A stretch of 64,000 nt of DNA from Octopus vulgaris (GCA_951406725.2 OX597817.1:39866001-39930000), one strand, 5' to 3'. Positions 53,901 to 62,862 are shown, counted from the stretch's first letter. The notes: generated by a model from the letters alone, not told the origin. Program-made: numbers and translations.

Positions 53901-56900
53901 ATAAACTGAAAACATTAAATGTAAGTCCCACCACATCATCATATATTATCTTTTTAGGTGCGTTTGTCCATCCATAACATACAACAACCCATATATTCAT
54001 CATGTGATGAAATTTTTAACAAGAACTGCTGTAATATATCATCCTTTTGCTGCTTTTATTCATCCATAAAATACCACAACACATACTGCGTTCACTCCTA
54101 ATTTAGTATTAAACATCATTATCATCATCATCGTTTAACGTCCGCTTTCCATGCTAGCATGGGTTGGACGCTTTGACTGAGGACTAGCAAACCAGATGGC
54201 TGAACCAGGTTCCAATCTGATCTGGCAGAGTTTCTACAGCCCTTCCTAATGCCAAACACTCCAAGAGTGTAGTGGGTGCTTTTACGTGCCACCAACATGA
54301 GGGTTGGCCAGGCAGTACTGGCAATGGCCACGCTCAAATGGTGCTTTTTATGTGCCACCTGCACAGGAGCCAGTCCAGCGGCTTTGGCAATGACCTCGCT
54401 CGAATGTTTTCATGTACCAGTAAGGTAATGCTGGTAACGATCACGCTCGAATGGTGCTTTTTACGTGCCACTGGCATGGAAGCTAGTGAGCTGAGCTGGC
54501 AGCGATCACGCTCGGATGGTGCTCTTAGCACTCCACTAGCATGGATGCCAGTTATCGAATTTGATTTACCTTGATGCAAAATTTTTTCCCTTCATAGTTT
54601 TAGTTTAGCTTTGCCCCAAGTATAAGTCACACCCTAGTTTTTTTTGGTTAAAATAAAATATAAAATAGTGTTACTTATATACAAGTAAATACTGAATATT
54701 CTTCATGGAAGGAAATTTTTACCAACATCACTGAAAGAATTATCTCTAAACAGATTTTAATCTATAGAAGTTATGAGACACATTGGTAAATTCATAGTGC
54801 AAATTTTTGATGTAATATAATAAATTCTTTATTATAGTGTTATCTAAAACCACAATCAACTCATTATTAGAATTATAAGTTAATTGTGCAATTACAAAAT
54901 GGTTAGTTGGCAAAAGTGTCCACTTCTCAGATACAGATAATTCTAATATACTTTAATTAAGATTTAGTACACCTGCTGCTTTCCCCAGAAGTAGAACTGT
55001 AAGACAGCAACTCACTGGATGGCTAATTAGAAATAAACGAGGAGTTTTTAAATGTTATTAAATATTATAAGTACCAATTTGAGAGAGACAGAATAAACAG
55101 GATTTTAGCCATTTATCCATTCCTTGCTAGGCAATTGTGATAAAGATGAGTTTGGATTCCCATTAGTGAAATTCTTTCTGTTGCTGTCTCTCTCAAACTG
55201 GTGAGCTTAACATTTTAGCAGCTAATTCTTAATGGGTTATTTGTAGTTTTACAGTTTTAAATTTGAAATCTCTCAAACATGCACGAAGGTGTGAATGAGA
55301 GAGAAATATAAAAAAACTTATTTGAATAATAGCAGAAATCTTGTTAATTTAAATTATTTGAATATAGAGTTTCGTTTATTATTCCACATTATATTTCATG
55401 ATGGAAATGGTTAGAATTAGGAAATGGATTCATTGTCAAAATAAATTGCTTCTAAATTTTGCAAATGAACAAATTTGCAAAAAAATTTATTCAAGCCATG
55501 TAATCATAGAATATGGATGTAAAATTGTAAAGAAAAGGTAAATGATGGTAGTAGTGGTGGAGAATATAAAAGAAAAGTTGTTATATAATTGTCATGAAAA
55601 AAAAAATATACATAAACTTGTAAAAAAAATATTATTTCATAGCAGTCTTAACTCCACTCTCTCTCTCTTTTATATTCAGCTTCTCTGTTCTACGTCGTGT
55701 TTTTACCTAATTGTCCATTTCATCTACTTAAAATTTTCCTTCTCTTTCTGTCTTATATATATATATATATGTGTGTGTGTGTATGCATACATACATATGT
55801 CTCTTTATCTTCATCTATATCTCTCCCTCAAAAACTATTCTTTTATTCTTTGTCTATGATGCTTCTCATTTTCTCTCTGCTACCTACTTTCATCTCTGTT
55901 TCTTTCCTATACTATAGACATGATTTTGCTATTTTGCAGGTCATCGTTTCAGGCATGGATGAAGCAGTTCACAAAGTGAACAAAGTTCATGATTATGCAG
56001 AGAGAATCCAACCTTCAACATCTGCTGTTGGGAATAAAGAAATTGAGAAAAAAATGGAGGAATTGAATGTAAAATGGAAGCAGTTGAACCAGACGGTAAT
56101 TGACTGTGCTTTTAACTTACAGAACACTCAACAGAAATGGCAGGATTATGAAGTTACTAAAGATACTTTAGTGAAATGGATAACAGATCTGGAAAGGATT
56201 CTTTCACTTGATCCAGAAGCTCATACACAACTTCCTGAGAAAAAGGCTCAACTTGACAAATATAGGGTGAGTCTCCAACATCTTTATATGTTTACATCTG
56301 TGAAATGTTTCTAGGAATTTGGATAGTTTATCTAATTTATTGAGGCAGATGTGCATAAGTTGTAAAAACAGCTTCCCATATGGTATAAAATAGTGAAATT
56401 AGATGCTGTCAGGTTAATACACATTTAGAAGATGCCTTCTGAAGATGTTAATTTCAAAACATTTTTAAATGTTTTGATATTAACGTCTATTAATATCAAA
56501 ACATATTTAAATGCTTTGATATTAATAGGCATAGGAGTGGCTGTGTGGTAAGTAGCTTGCTTACGAACCACATGGTTCTGGGTTCAATCCCACTGTGTGG
56601 CACCTTGAGCAAGTGTCTTCTACTATAGCCTCGGGCCAACCAAGGCCTTGTGAGTGGATTTGGTAGACGGAAACTGAAAGAAGCTCATCATATATATGTA
56701 TATATATGTGTGTATTTTGTGTGTCTGTGTTTGTCCCCCTAACATCGCTTGACAACCGATGCTGGTGTGTTTACATCCCGTAACTTAGCGGCTTGGCAGA
56801 AGAGACCGATAGAATAAGTACGAGGCTTACAAAGAATAAGTCCTGGGATCGACTTGCTTGACAAAAGGCAGTGCTCCAGACTGAAACAAGTAAAAGAGTA

Positions 56901-59900
56901 AATGAACCTCATGTGATACTTTGAATATCAGTCACATGGCTTTCGAAATTTCCTCATATGTAAATTATGAAATCTTATCATAATTAAATTTCATAAAGTA
57001 AATTTCAAAGTGAAGTCACATGGCCTAGGATGTTGCACTCAGGATCACAAGATTATGGCTTTGATTCCTGGACCTGTCAGTGCATTGTGTTCTTGAGCAA
57101 AAGCACTTATTTCACATAGGTCCAGTTCACTCAGCTTTAGAAGAGTACACTTGCAATGAACTTGTATCACATTCAGAGGGTAATGTTGTGACCTTGGGTA
57201 CTTATATGACATTTAAAATACAGAGTATTTAAATGCAACATAATCTGACTATTGAATTAGCAAAGGCATGAAATATATAGTAGCTAGCATGTAAAACCTG
57301 TGTATATTAAATATGTGGATTGATAAACACACACACACATGTGCACACACATAGCCTGACTTATTCTCAAATGAAACAAATTACCTTGATTTCTAGACTC
57401 ATCATTTTAATGTAGATGTTTAAATTCTCATCTGTTTTTCATTTTTCTCTTTGTCCTTAGCTAATTCTCAGTGAAATAGATTCTCATGAAAGCATGTTTG
57501 CTGATCTGGAGGACAACTTATCACAACTGGAAGTGTTAAGTGCTGATGGTACAACAGACAAAGATTCTCTCAGACCACTTCAACAGTCTTACAAAGCAAT
57601 AAGACTCCGATGCCAGGTAAGTCAACATCATTCTCAAACATCATATTAATTTACTCATATAACTGAGAGTCAGAAACCCTGAAAATGTCTACCTGAAGCA
57701 TATAGACTCATGTGATTGGAGCTCACCCAGATTTTCAAAGGATTTGTGTGTTTAGAGTACAGGATCTCTGGAATAGGATTTCTCAACAGGATACACAGCT
57801 CAGAGATCAGGAGGTATCTCCAGGCCAAGCCACTACTTCTCCACATTGAGGGGTCACAGCTCTTGTACAATGGACATGTGATTAGAATATCACAGGAAAG
57901 GATCGCAGATAGATTCTTTATGCCAAGCCAACTGGCAGGAGACATAGGAGTACACCAAGAATGAGATGGTTGGATAATATTCATAGTCTCATACTTGGGA
58001 ATCAGTTGGAAAGTGTAATAACAGTTGCTTCTGAGAGGGTCTTATGGAGGAGGTGGCTGAGTATTCTACTCCTACAACCCTTCCAGGAACCATGGATGAA
58101 TGGGTGGATGGAGTCCAAGATTTTCTCTTGAACAGGATATTAGTCCACCTCAGGGTTAACCCCTAGCTGATGCCAGGACTCATTTTTAGCAGAGTGGACT
58201 GAGGTGATGGCAAAATCACTAAGGTGACTCAGGCATTCCTTGAACATTGAATTGGACAACATATTAGAAAGAAGTTAATGACTTTGAATACCAACATAAC
58301 AGATAAGACTAAGTATCAAAATAAAATTGATGACAAACTAATAGAATCATATTAGATACACACACACGCATCCACGCACACATACACACACATACATGCA
58401 TGTGTGAGTAAATATATATATATATATATATATATATTCTTTAACATGAATAGTATTGACAGTGACTTCAAAGTTTTGGCCAGCTAAGCTATCATTGTAC
58501 TGTGGCATGCATTTAAGTTAACCTTGGCTCTATATAATTTTGATTAAACTTGGGGTTATATTATATATTTCATTCATGGATGTAGAACTTTGTAAATAGG
58601 TGTGTATATTTAGGTGTATCAGTTCCATGTCATGGGATTGTTTTTTAGTAGTTCACAAAAAGGATGTTGGGAGGAGGTGGGAGTTTCAATTATTTTTGGT
58701 TTAATTGGTTTTAATCTTTTGCTTTGACAATGTAAATGTCAAAGTTCAAAGTTTAGTCCAGCATTTAGAAACTTAATAGTTGGGTGTGTCAGCTTTTTTA
58801 TAATGTAATTTTCAAAGAATGTAAATGGGTTGTATGTTTTAGGTGATCAGTAGGAATGGCTGTGTGGTAAGTAGCTTGCTTACCAACCACATTGTTCCGG
58901 GTTCAGTCCCACTGCATGGCACCTTGGGCAAGTGTCTTCTACCTTAGCCTCAGGCCGACCAAAGCCTTGCGAGTGGATTTGGTAGACAGAAACTGAAAGA
59001 AGCCTGTCGTATATATGCATATATACATGTATGTGCGTGTATATGTTTGTGTGTCTGTGTTTGTGCCTCCAACATCGCTTGACAACCGATGCTGGTCTGT
59101 TTACATCCTTGTAACTTAGTGATTCGGCAAAAGAGACCAATAGAATAAGTACTAGGCTTACAAAGAATAAGTCCTGGGGTCGATTTGCTCGACTAAAAGG
59201 TGGTGCTCCAGCATGGCCGCAGTCAAATGACTGAAACAAGTAAAAGAGTAATTTCTTTACTTGTTGATGTTACTTAGGGTGTTTCTTGTTTGTATTTGGA
59301 AGGTGGAGATTATTAGTCAAGTATGTCATGGTGTTGTTGATAGTATAGGAATTTGTTTGTCTTGTGCCTTGAAATTCGCAAGAGGATGTAGGTAGGTGTA
59401 AAGGTTATATGTCAATATATTTCTCTCTGGAGGTTTTCTTGTTCTATAAGCAATTTGATTAATATGTAGAAGTTTTAAATTTGTGTTTTATGGAGGCAGA
59501 ATTTGTGGCTCATGTATTTATAAATATTTCCTTAATTCTATTTCAAACATAGGTATTTTATAATATATTATTTTAGGCTTATAGATATATGTGAAAGTGG
59601 GAAATTATAAAATGTGTGGAGGAATTTCAACCATGTTTCATGGTCTGCTACCACAACAGCTCCTTTATAGGATCCAGTTAGCTCAAGACATCGTCAGGAG
59701 GAACCACGCCCAGTTTCGGCCCCTACTCCTCTACCATTTAACGTGCGCCCCCCCTTTCGGAGGTGTCTTCAGCTCTGATGTTGGGTACATGTCTTCTTTC
59801 TTCTGTTCCCTGGCCTCTTCGATGTAGCATCAATGAGTGTCAGCGGGCGACTGACTGTCTTGTCAAATTTTTTCCCTTTAAATACCTGCTGCTAGGCTCC

Positions 59901-60461
59901 AGTAAGCAGCCCCAGCAAGTTGTCACATGACACTGTCTCATCTTTAACTGACCAATGAAGGTGCATAGTCTTAGTCCACGCGTTCTCTAAATGAGACTGT
60001 CACCTGTCAATCAGCGAAGTTAATTCAGTGTCAGCTTGTCTCACCTAGTGATGTTATTTTCCGCTGGCATGTTATGACTTTCAAGTCATTTTTGGTCTTC
60101 CTGCTTCAGCCATATATAGAAGCTGGCTTTTTTGACTGCCACCTGTACTCTCCTTATTAGTTTTCTCAGCTCCAAGCTAGAAAAACAAATCTTCTTTTGA
60201 ATAGTGTTGTCATTTTTCTTTCAGTAAATATATTCATGTATAAAGCCAAGATTAACTTAAATGCATCATAATCTGATGATGGCTTAGCTAACCAATACTT
60301 TGAAGTCACTGTCAATGCTATTCTTGTCAAAAAATAAAAAATCTGTACTCTACAAAAGTATGGAGTAAACCTTCATATTAATGTACAATTGTTTTTATTA
60401 TAATTGGACATAAAAACAAACACACACACACACACACACATATTATACATACATCTATGGT

Positions 60462-60499
<38 letters not shown>

Positions 60500-60506
60500 C
60501 TATGGT

Positions 60507-60560
<54 letters not shown>

Positions 60561-61915
60561 TACATATATATATATAGTACATTTGCCACTTAAAATGGCT
60601 GACCCTTAAGAGTGGATGCTACTGTTTAAGCTACTGCAGTTACTGTTTAAGTGGCAAATGTATTTCACGATGTTGTGCAGCTATTGTTTATACCTCGCTC
60701 AGAGATTTATTATATATATATATATATAAATATAAATATAAATATTTATATGAATGTCTGTATGCACATACACATACACATTATGTAAACCCTGGGTTTT
60801 AGAATAAGACCGTGTATCTACATGGAAGAATAACTGGCCATAAAAAAACACTTCAGAATATCACATCCAACCCAATTCAGCATGATAAAGTAACCTCAAA
60901 AATTAAGGTGATGGAGCAGGCAGTGGCAGCAGCAATAGCAGCAAGAATGTCCTTGCCTTCATTTGTGTCTTATCTAAGTATCAAATTATTGCCATGAAGG
61001 TAACTGACTCCAGTACCTCTACCTCACTATTACCCACATTAATATCATGGGTGTTTGGGAGGGTTGCCTTACAGATTTGTAGTGTCCCTTCTGTGGTGTA
61101 TGACTGAGAGAAGGTTCATGCCGCTTTATATATTTACTGATTTCTTTTTATTTTACATCTTTTTTAATCATATTTTTACTGTTTATTTTTGTAAATTGTG
61201 CTGTATTTTTGATAAATGTGAACTAATGTTTGTAACACAGAAATAAATGGTAGAGAGAAAATCTGGTTTTATTATTATTAAAGAGGTGAGATGGCAGAAT
61301 TATCAGCATTTTGGACAAAATGCTTTGAGGCATTTCTTTCATCCTTTTACATTCTGAATTTAAATATCGGTTAGGTTGGTTTTGCCTTTCATCCTTTCAG
61401 GGCTGATAAAATAAGTACCATTTGAGCACTGAGGTTCATGTAATTGACTCCCCCCCTCCCCTCAAAATTGCTGGCTTTGTGCCAAAATTAGATAGGAGTG
61501 TTGATAAATATATTTGATATTTTATAAAATTGAAGAAACCTGTTAAAAAATGCTGAATGCAAACTAACTTCTGAAATGAATTTTTGAGTTTTAATGCAAC
61601 CAAATTTCAAATTTATATTTTATCTTTTCTTATAACTTTGTTTCATTAATTTCATTTTACAAAATCTTTGCTTAAAGTTAGAAACATTTTCCAATATTCC
61701 GTTTTGATAATTTTTTTTTTTTGTTTTATTTTGTCTTATCCTTGCAGCATATTATCAAAAGTCTTGATAAGTCTTGTGAAGAACACACAACATTCCAGAC
61801 ATGCCAAAAACAATTTGATCAATGGCTTCTCCAGACATCTTTGAGATTAATGTCACATAACACACTAGATGTTTCGACTATGGAAGTTACTGAACAGCAT
61901 GTACAAATCCATCAA
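1619..61915 (+). CDS. SYNE1: Internal part (16 exons, 1128 codons) of a giant spectrin-repeat protein, nesprin-1/MSP-300-like; start and stop lie outside the window
   Basis: 16 AG/GT-bounded exons join into one stop-free frame. The product shows about 10.5 spectrin-type repeats with helix-A Trp (SWI, KWL, SWL, EWL, SWC, KWI, QWL) and amphipathic helices. A long uninterrupted divergent rod fits nesprin/MSP-300. The CH and KASH domains are not in the window, so orthology is inferred. Confidence 0.7.
2320..2910 (+). mobile_element. tRNA-derived SINE (family A, degenerate) interrupted by a younger SINE
   Basis: Homologous to intact copies at 56527-56900 and 58850-59250; split at 2432-2669. Confidence 0.7.
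2432..2669 (+). mobile_element. SINE family B, young copy with 15-bp TSD
   Basis: Flanked by AGAAACTGTGTGGAA at 2417-2431 and 2670-2684; B-box GAGTTCAAATT; core GCCTTTCATCCTTTCTGGGTCGATAAATTATGTACCAG; close copy at about 53130-53362. Confidence 0.85.
3145..3449 (+). repeat. 5' LTR
   Basis: Colinear with 6161-6465; terminal TG lost; ends ACGACA just before the PBS. Confidence 0.88.
6161..6465 (+). repeat. 3' LTR (TATAAA at 6216)
   Basis: Follows the PPT directly; TGTTGT/ACAACA termini. Confidence 0.9.
6709..7035 (+). CDS. Spectrin-repeat exon 2 (327 nt, ELIITKEEG...HLQKMK)
   Basis: ttttaag|GAG ... ATGAAG|gtaagg; 109 codons; lies within ORF 6319..7182. Confidence 0.93.
7970..8420. repeat. 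Unclassified dispersed repeat, copy 1 (copy 2 at about 59610-60100)
   Basis: Colinear similarity over about 450 bp, e.g. CCACAACAGCTCCTTTATAGGATCCAGTTAGCTCAAGACATC in both copies. Confidence 0.85.
8636..8876 (-). mobile_element. tRNA-head SINE family C (degenerate)
   Basis: Related to 21303-21600(-), 19560-19740(-), 9297-9530(+), 40115-40330(+), 43720-43870(+) and 57015-57150(+); shared TTGAGCAAGACACTT-like core. Confidence 0.6.
9670..10436. mobile_element. Two RTE-3'-tail-derived elements in opposite orientation, with an internal ~24-bp degenerate minisatellite
   Basis: GGAAGGGCAT(C)CAGC...GTTAAATGATGATG tail matches the RTE tail at 30480-30670; repeated GTGCCACATAAAAAGCACC-like units at about 10040-10265. 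Confidence 0.65.
11134..11286 (+). CDS. Spectrin-repeat exon 3 (153 nt, NIYQDIISY...KELAQ)
   Basis: ctctttctag|AAC ... GCACAA|gtatgt; 51 codons, open. Confidence 0.9.
11633..11797 (+). CDS. Spectrin-repeat exon 4 (165 nt, GQLSTAEL...TNKLK)
   Basis: ttctctag|GGT ... TTGAAG|gtaaca; 55 codons. Confidence 0.92.
12715..13088 (-). mobile_element. SINE family A, full-length young copy
   Basis: tRNA-like head (A box TGGCTGTGTGG, B box GGTTCAGTCCC), internal (TG)n, tail ...TGACTGAAACAAGTAAAAGA-like. Confidence 0.88.
13739..15199 (-). pseudogene. LINE reverse transcriptase domain (open for 486 codons)
   Basis: Complete RT motif set and C-terminal domain in one frame, but disconnected from the APE domain by frameshifts. 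Confidence 0.9.
15979..16758 (-). pseudogene. LINE APE endonuclease domain
   Basis: Canonical EEP-family catalytic motifs. Confidence 0.9.
17212..17700. mobile_element. Penelope-like pLTR fragment with 61-bp perfect inverted repeat and minimal hammerhead motif
   Basis: Arms at 17212-17272 and 17544-17604; minus strand 17584-17621 reads UCUUU-CUGUUGA-A-GAGU(GUAG)GCUC-GAAAC-GUA-AAAGA. Confidence 0.6.
18493..18819 (+). CDS. Spectrin-repeat exon 5 (327 nt, NLCGEVNTG...LKTYQ)
   Basis: ttttaaag|AAT ... TATCAG|gtataa; 109 codons. Confidence 0.92.
19054..19273. mobile_element. piggyBac-type MITE with TTAA TSD, nested in another repeat
   Basis: TTAA-ACCTTTCATTAC ... GTAATGAAAGGG-TTAA. Confidence 0.8.
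20090..20242 (+). CDS. Spectrin-repeat exon 6 (153 nt, [10 protein letters not shown]...VNKTK)
   Basis: tgttctcag|GAC ... ACTAAG|gtaaaa; 51 codons. Confidence 0.92.
21303..21600 (-). mobile_element. SINE family C, well-preserved copy
   Basis: Minus strand has tRNA-like head TGGCCTAGTGGTTAGAGC ... GGGTTCGAACCTC; CpG-rich. Confidence 0.75.
22690..24260. repeat. Compound (TA)n/(TG)n/(GATA)n/(CAT)n microsatellite field
   Basis: Seen directly; similar fields at 13440-13625, 17270-18170 and 31770-33330. Confidence 0.9.
24755..26275 (+). mobile_element. SINE family A split by a Penelope-like insertion (about 24935-25990)
   Basis: SINE head at 24755-24910 and tail at 26075-26275. The insert shares GGCGCTCAGGAA...CGTTTCGAGC...CTCTTC with 17555-17612. 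Confidence 0.7.
26289..27081 (+). mobile_element. Head-to-tail dimer of non-autonomous Helitrons (26289-26684 and 26685-27081)
   Basis: Each unit starts TC and ends CTAG, with a subterminal hairpin CC(C/T)GAGCAAC(G/A)CCGGG; inserted between A and T; no TSD. Confidence 0.85.
28000..28392 (+). mobile_element. SINE family A
   Basis: Colinear with 56527-56900. Confidence 0.8.
29455..30848 (-). mobile_element. SINE family A split by an RTE LINE fragment
   Basis: SINE tail at 29455-29670 and head at 30675-30848. Confidence 0.8.
29701..30671 (+). mobile_element. RTE-clade LINE 3' fragment with 3' UTR and (GAT)n tail
   Basis: [12 protein letters not shown]...[11 protein letters not shown]...[10 protein letters not shown] is the typical RTE ORF2 C-terminus; 21-bp and 18-bp tandem repeats at 30261-30402; tail GGACGTTAAACGATGATGAT. 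Confidence 0.88.
30880..31620 (-). pseudogene. Degenerate Penelope-like element RT remnant
   Basis: Minus-strand peptide fragments [36 protein letters not shown] and an NF-LDVT-like motif resemble PLE RT; many lesions. Confidence 0.55.
33383..33547 (+). CDS. Spectrin-repeat exon 7 (165 nt, ESVKTLEL...LAVIA)
   Basis: ttctttcag|GAA ... ATTGCT|gtaaga; 55 codons. Confidence 0.92.
34564..35035 (-). pseudogene. R4/Dong-like non-LTR fragment (restriction-like endonuclease C-terminus)
   Basis: [34 protein letters not shown]...IGALG match the PD..D...K RLE pattern. Confidence 0.7.
35350..35755 (+). mobile_element. SINE family A
   Basis: Head (first motif duplicated), internal microsatellite and tail all present. 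Confidence 0.8.
35830..36690 (-). mobile_element. RTE (BovB-like) LINE 3' fragment ending in three C2H2-type zinc fingers
   Basis: [11 protein letters not shown]...PKQLFYGEL...[14 protein letters not shown], then CTVYDR...HLQTH, CNVCQK...HFKIH and YLCGC...HIRCH. Confidence 0.8.
38951..39277 (+). CDS. Spectrin-repeat exon 8 (327 nt, DLEVCKDTG...LERHK)
   Basis: ttatttacag|GAT ... CATAAA|gtaaat; 109 codons. Confidence 0.92.
43018..43158 (+). CDS. Spectrin-repeat exon 9 (141 nt, TIQHELLSQ...LEESQ)
   Basis: ctttcttccag|ACC ... AGTCAA|gtaagt; 47 codons; occupies the third slot of the triplet. Confidence 0.88.
44250..44536. mobile_element. Possible piggyBac-type MITE
   Basis: TTAA-CACATTAAC ... 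GTTAATGTG-TTGA; TIR is short. Confidence 0.45.
44756..44920 (+). CDS. Spectrin-repeat exon 10 (165 nt, EIVGHLEEM...KLMFK)
   Basis: ccctaatag|GAA ... TTTAAG|gtaaca; 55 codons. Confidence 0.9.
46976..47302 (+). CDS. Spectrin-repeat exon 11 (327 nt, KLQGEVNCG...LEEIK)
   Basis: catttcag|AAA ... ATTAAG|gtaaaa; 109 codons. Confidence 0.92.
49586..50313 (-). mobile_element. Three tandem family-B-related SINEs separated by a repeated 20-bp spacer
   Basis: Units of 234-237 bp; spacer at 49586, 49820, 50057 and 50294. Confidence 0.75.
50314..50630. repeat. Degenerate ~14-15-bp minisatellite (ATCAATAATGTCAC-like)
   Basis: Recurrent ATCAATAAT, ATCAACAAT and GTCACATC words. Confidence 0.55.
51234..51386 (+). 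CDS. Spectrin-repeat exon 12 (153 nt, GLLEEVTQK...RTNIK)
   Basis: Long polypyrimidine tract, catttcag|GGC ... ATCAAG|gtattt; 51 codons. Confidence 0.92.
53130..53362 (+). mobile_element. SINE family B, young copy
   Basis: Close match to 2432-2669. Confidence 0.85.
53756..53920 (+). CDS. Spectrin-repeat exon 13 (165 nt, NEIIKLTEN...LKTLN)
   Basis: ttcccccag|AAT ... TTAAAT|gtaagt; 55 codons. Confidence 0.92.
54115..54575 (-). mobile_element. RTE-tail-derived element with internal tandem units
   Basis: Reverse complement of the 30480-30670 tail; repeated CACGCTC(G/A)AATGGTGCTTTT(T)A(C/T)GTGCCAC. Confidence 0.7.
55940..56266 (+). CDS. Spectrin-repeat exon 14 (327 nt, VIVSGMDEA...LDKYR)
   Basis: attttgcag|GTC ... 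TATAGG|gtgagt; 109 codons. Confidence 0.93.
56527..56900 (+). mobile_element. SINE family A, young copy
   Basis: A box TGGCTGTGTGG, B box GGTTCAATCCC, internal TA/TG tract, AAGTAAAAGAG tail. Confidence 0.88.
57461..57616 (+). CDS. Spectrin-repeat exon 15 (156 nt, [10 protein letters not shown]...RLRCQ)
   Basis: tgtccttag|CTA ... TGCCAG|gtaagt; 52 codons. Confidence 0.9.
57700..58110 (+). pseudogene. Degenerate RTE LINE 3' fragment
   Basis: [31 protein letters not shown] resembles the RTE ORF2 C-terminus. Confidence 0.55.
58850..59250 (+). mobile_element. SINE family A, young copy
   Basis: Colinear with 56527-56900 and with the reverse complement of 12715-13088. Confidence 0.88.
59610..60100. 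repeat. Unclassified dispersed repeat, copy 2
   Basis: Matches 7970-8420 with extra internal segments. Confidence 0.85.
61748..61915 (+). CDS. Spectrin-repeat exon 16 (168 nt, HIIKSLDKS...VQIHQ)
   Basis: ccttgcag|CAT ... CATCAA|gttagt; 56 codons. Confidence 0.88.
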
Positions 61916-62801
61916 GTTAGTACCATCATATTTCTTTCGTGTTTCCATGATACAATTATGTTTTGTGATCTATTGACTTGTGAAAACTGTTTCTATGCTA
62001 TAATTTAGTGAGTTTACACTGCAATGGTTTAATATTGACTTCTTATGCTTCACAGCCTATGATTCAATGATAATTCAAGCCCATAATTGTAAACTAACAA
62101 AACTAATAGTAATTATAATTATAGTAGATGTTCAGAGTGGTGAAATGTATCTCTGTATGTATGGTAGCTACTAACTGATATTAGGTTTAGCCATTGAGAA
62201 TTTCCTTTTTTCTTTTAACAAATGTAATGATGTAGAAAAGTTATGAATATCCTTGAAGTTAATAGGGTTCTAACTCATCCAATGACTGTGACTCTCTAGT
62301 ATAGTTTATATCAATCAACTAATTAATTAATTAGTCATTAATTAGTGTAACATATATATATGCTAATATTGAACAGTGAAAATGAGTACTCAACACCACA
62401 TTGGTAGATAATATTCTTTATTTGAGGTTTAACCAAGCAACCGATAGTTTCTCCAAAATGGGGACAAGTACCAACACTTCTATGTGATTTGCGCTTGAAG
62501 ATCTCTTTACATGAAACTATTGTTTGTCTTGTTAACCCACAAAATGAGTGTGTATATATATATATATATAATTTACTAATTATATACTATTTATTTATTA
62601 TTTCGTACTTTATTTAGTGCTAGGTAAATGTTTTATCGTATATTTAATTTTTTTCTATATGGTATGATTTAATTATATCATTGTTGAATTGCTACATGGT
62701 GGTTCTTCTTTAATTTATATACATATATTATATAGTGTGAAATTTGATTTAGTATTACTAAATTGAATTTTTCCCTGTAAGTTTAGAATCATATTCCCTG
62801 T

Positions 62802-62862
<61 letters not shown>

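Larger units (their letters stand above)
58435..60337. mobile_element. Composite bounded by ~100-bp inverted repeats carrying hammerhead remnants (Penelope-like)
   Basis: Arms at about 58435-58535 and 60238-60337; encloses a SINE (58850-59250) and the 59610-60100 repeat. Confidence 0.55.

Noticed and set aside
56530-56600. tRNA-like sequences at SINE heads
   Set aside because: A and B boxes are present but no full cloverleaf is evident, and they continue into SINE bodies.
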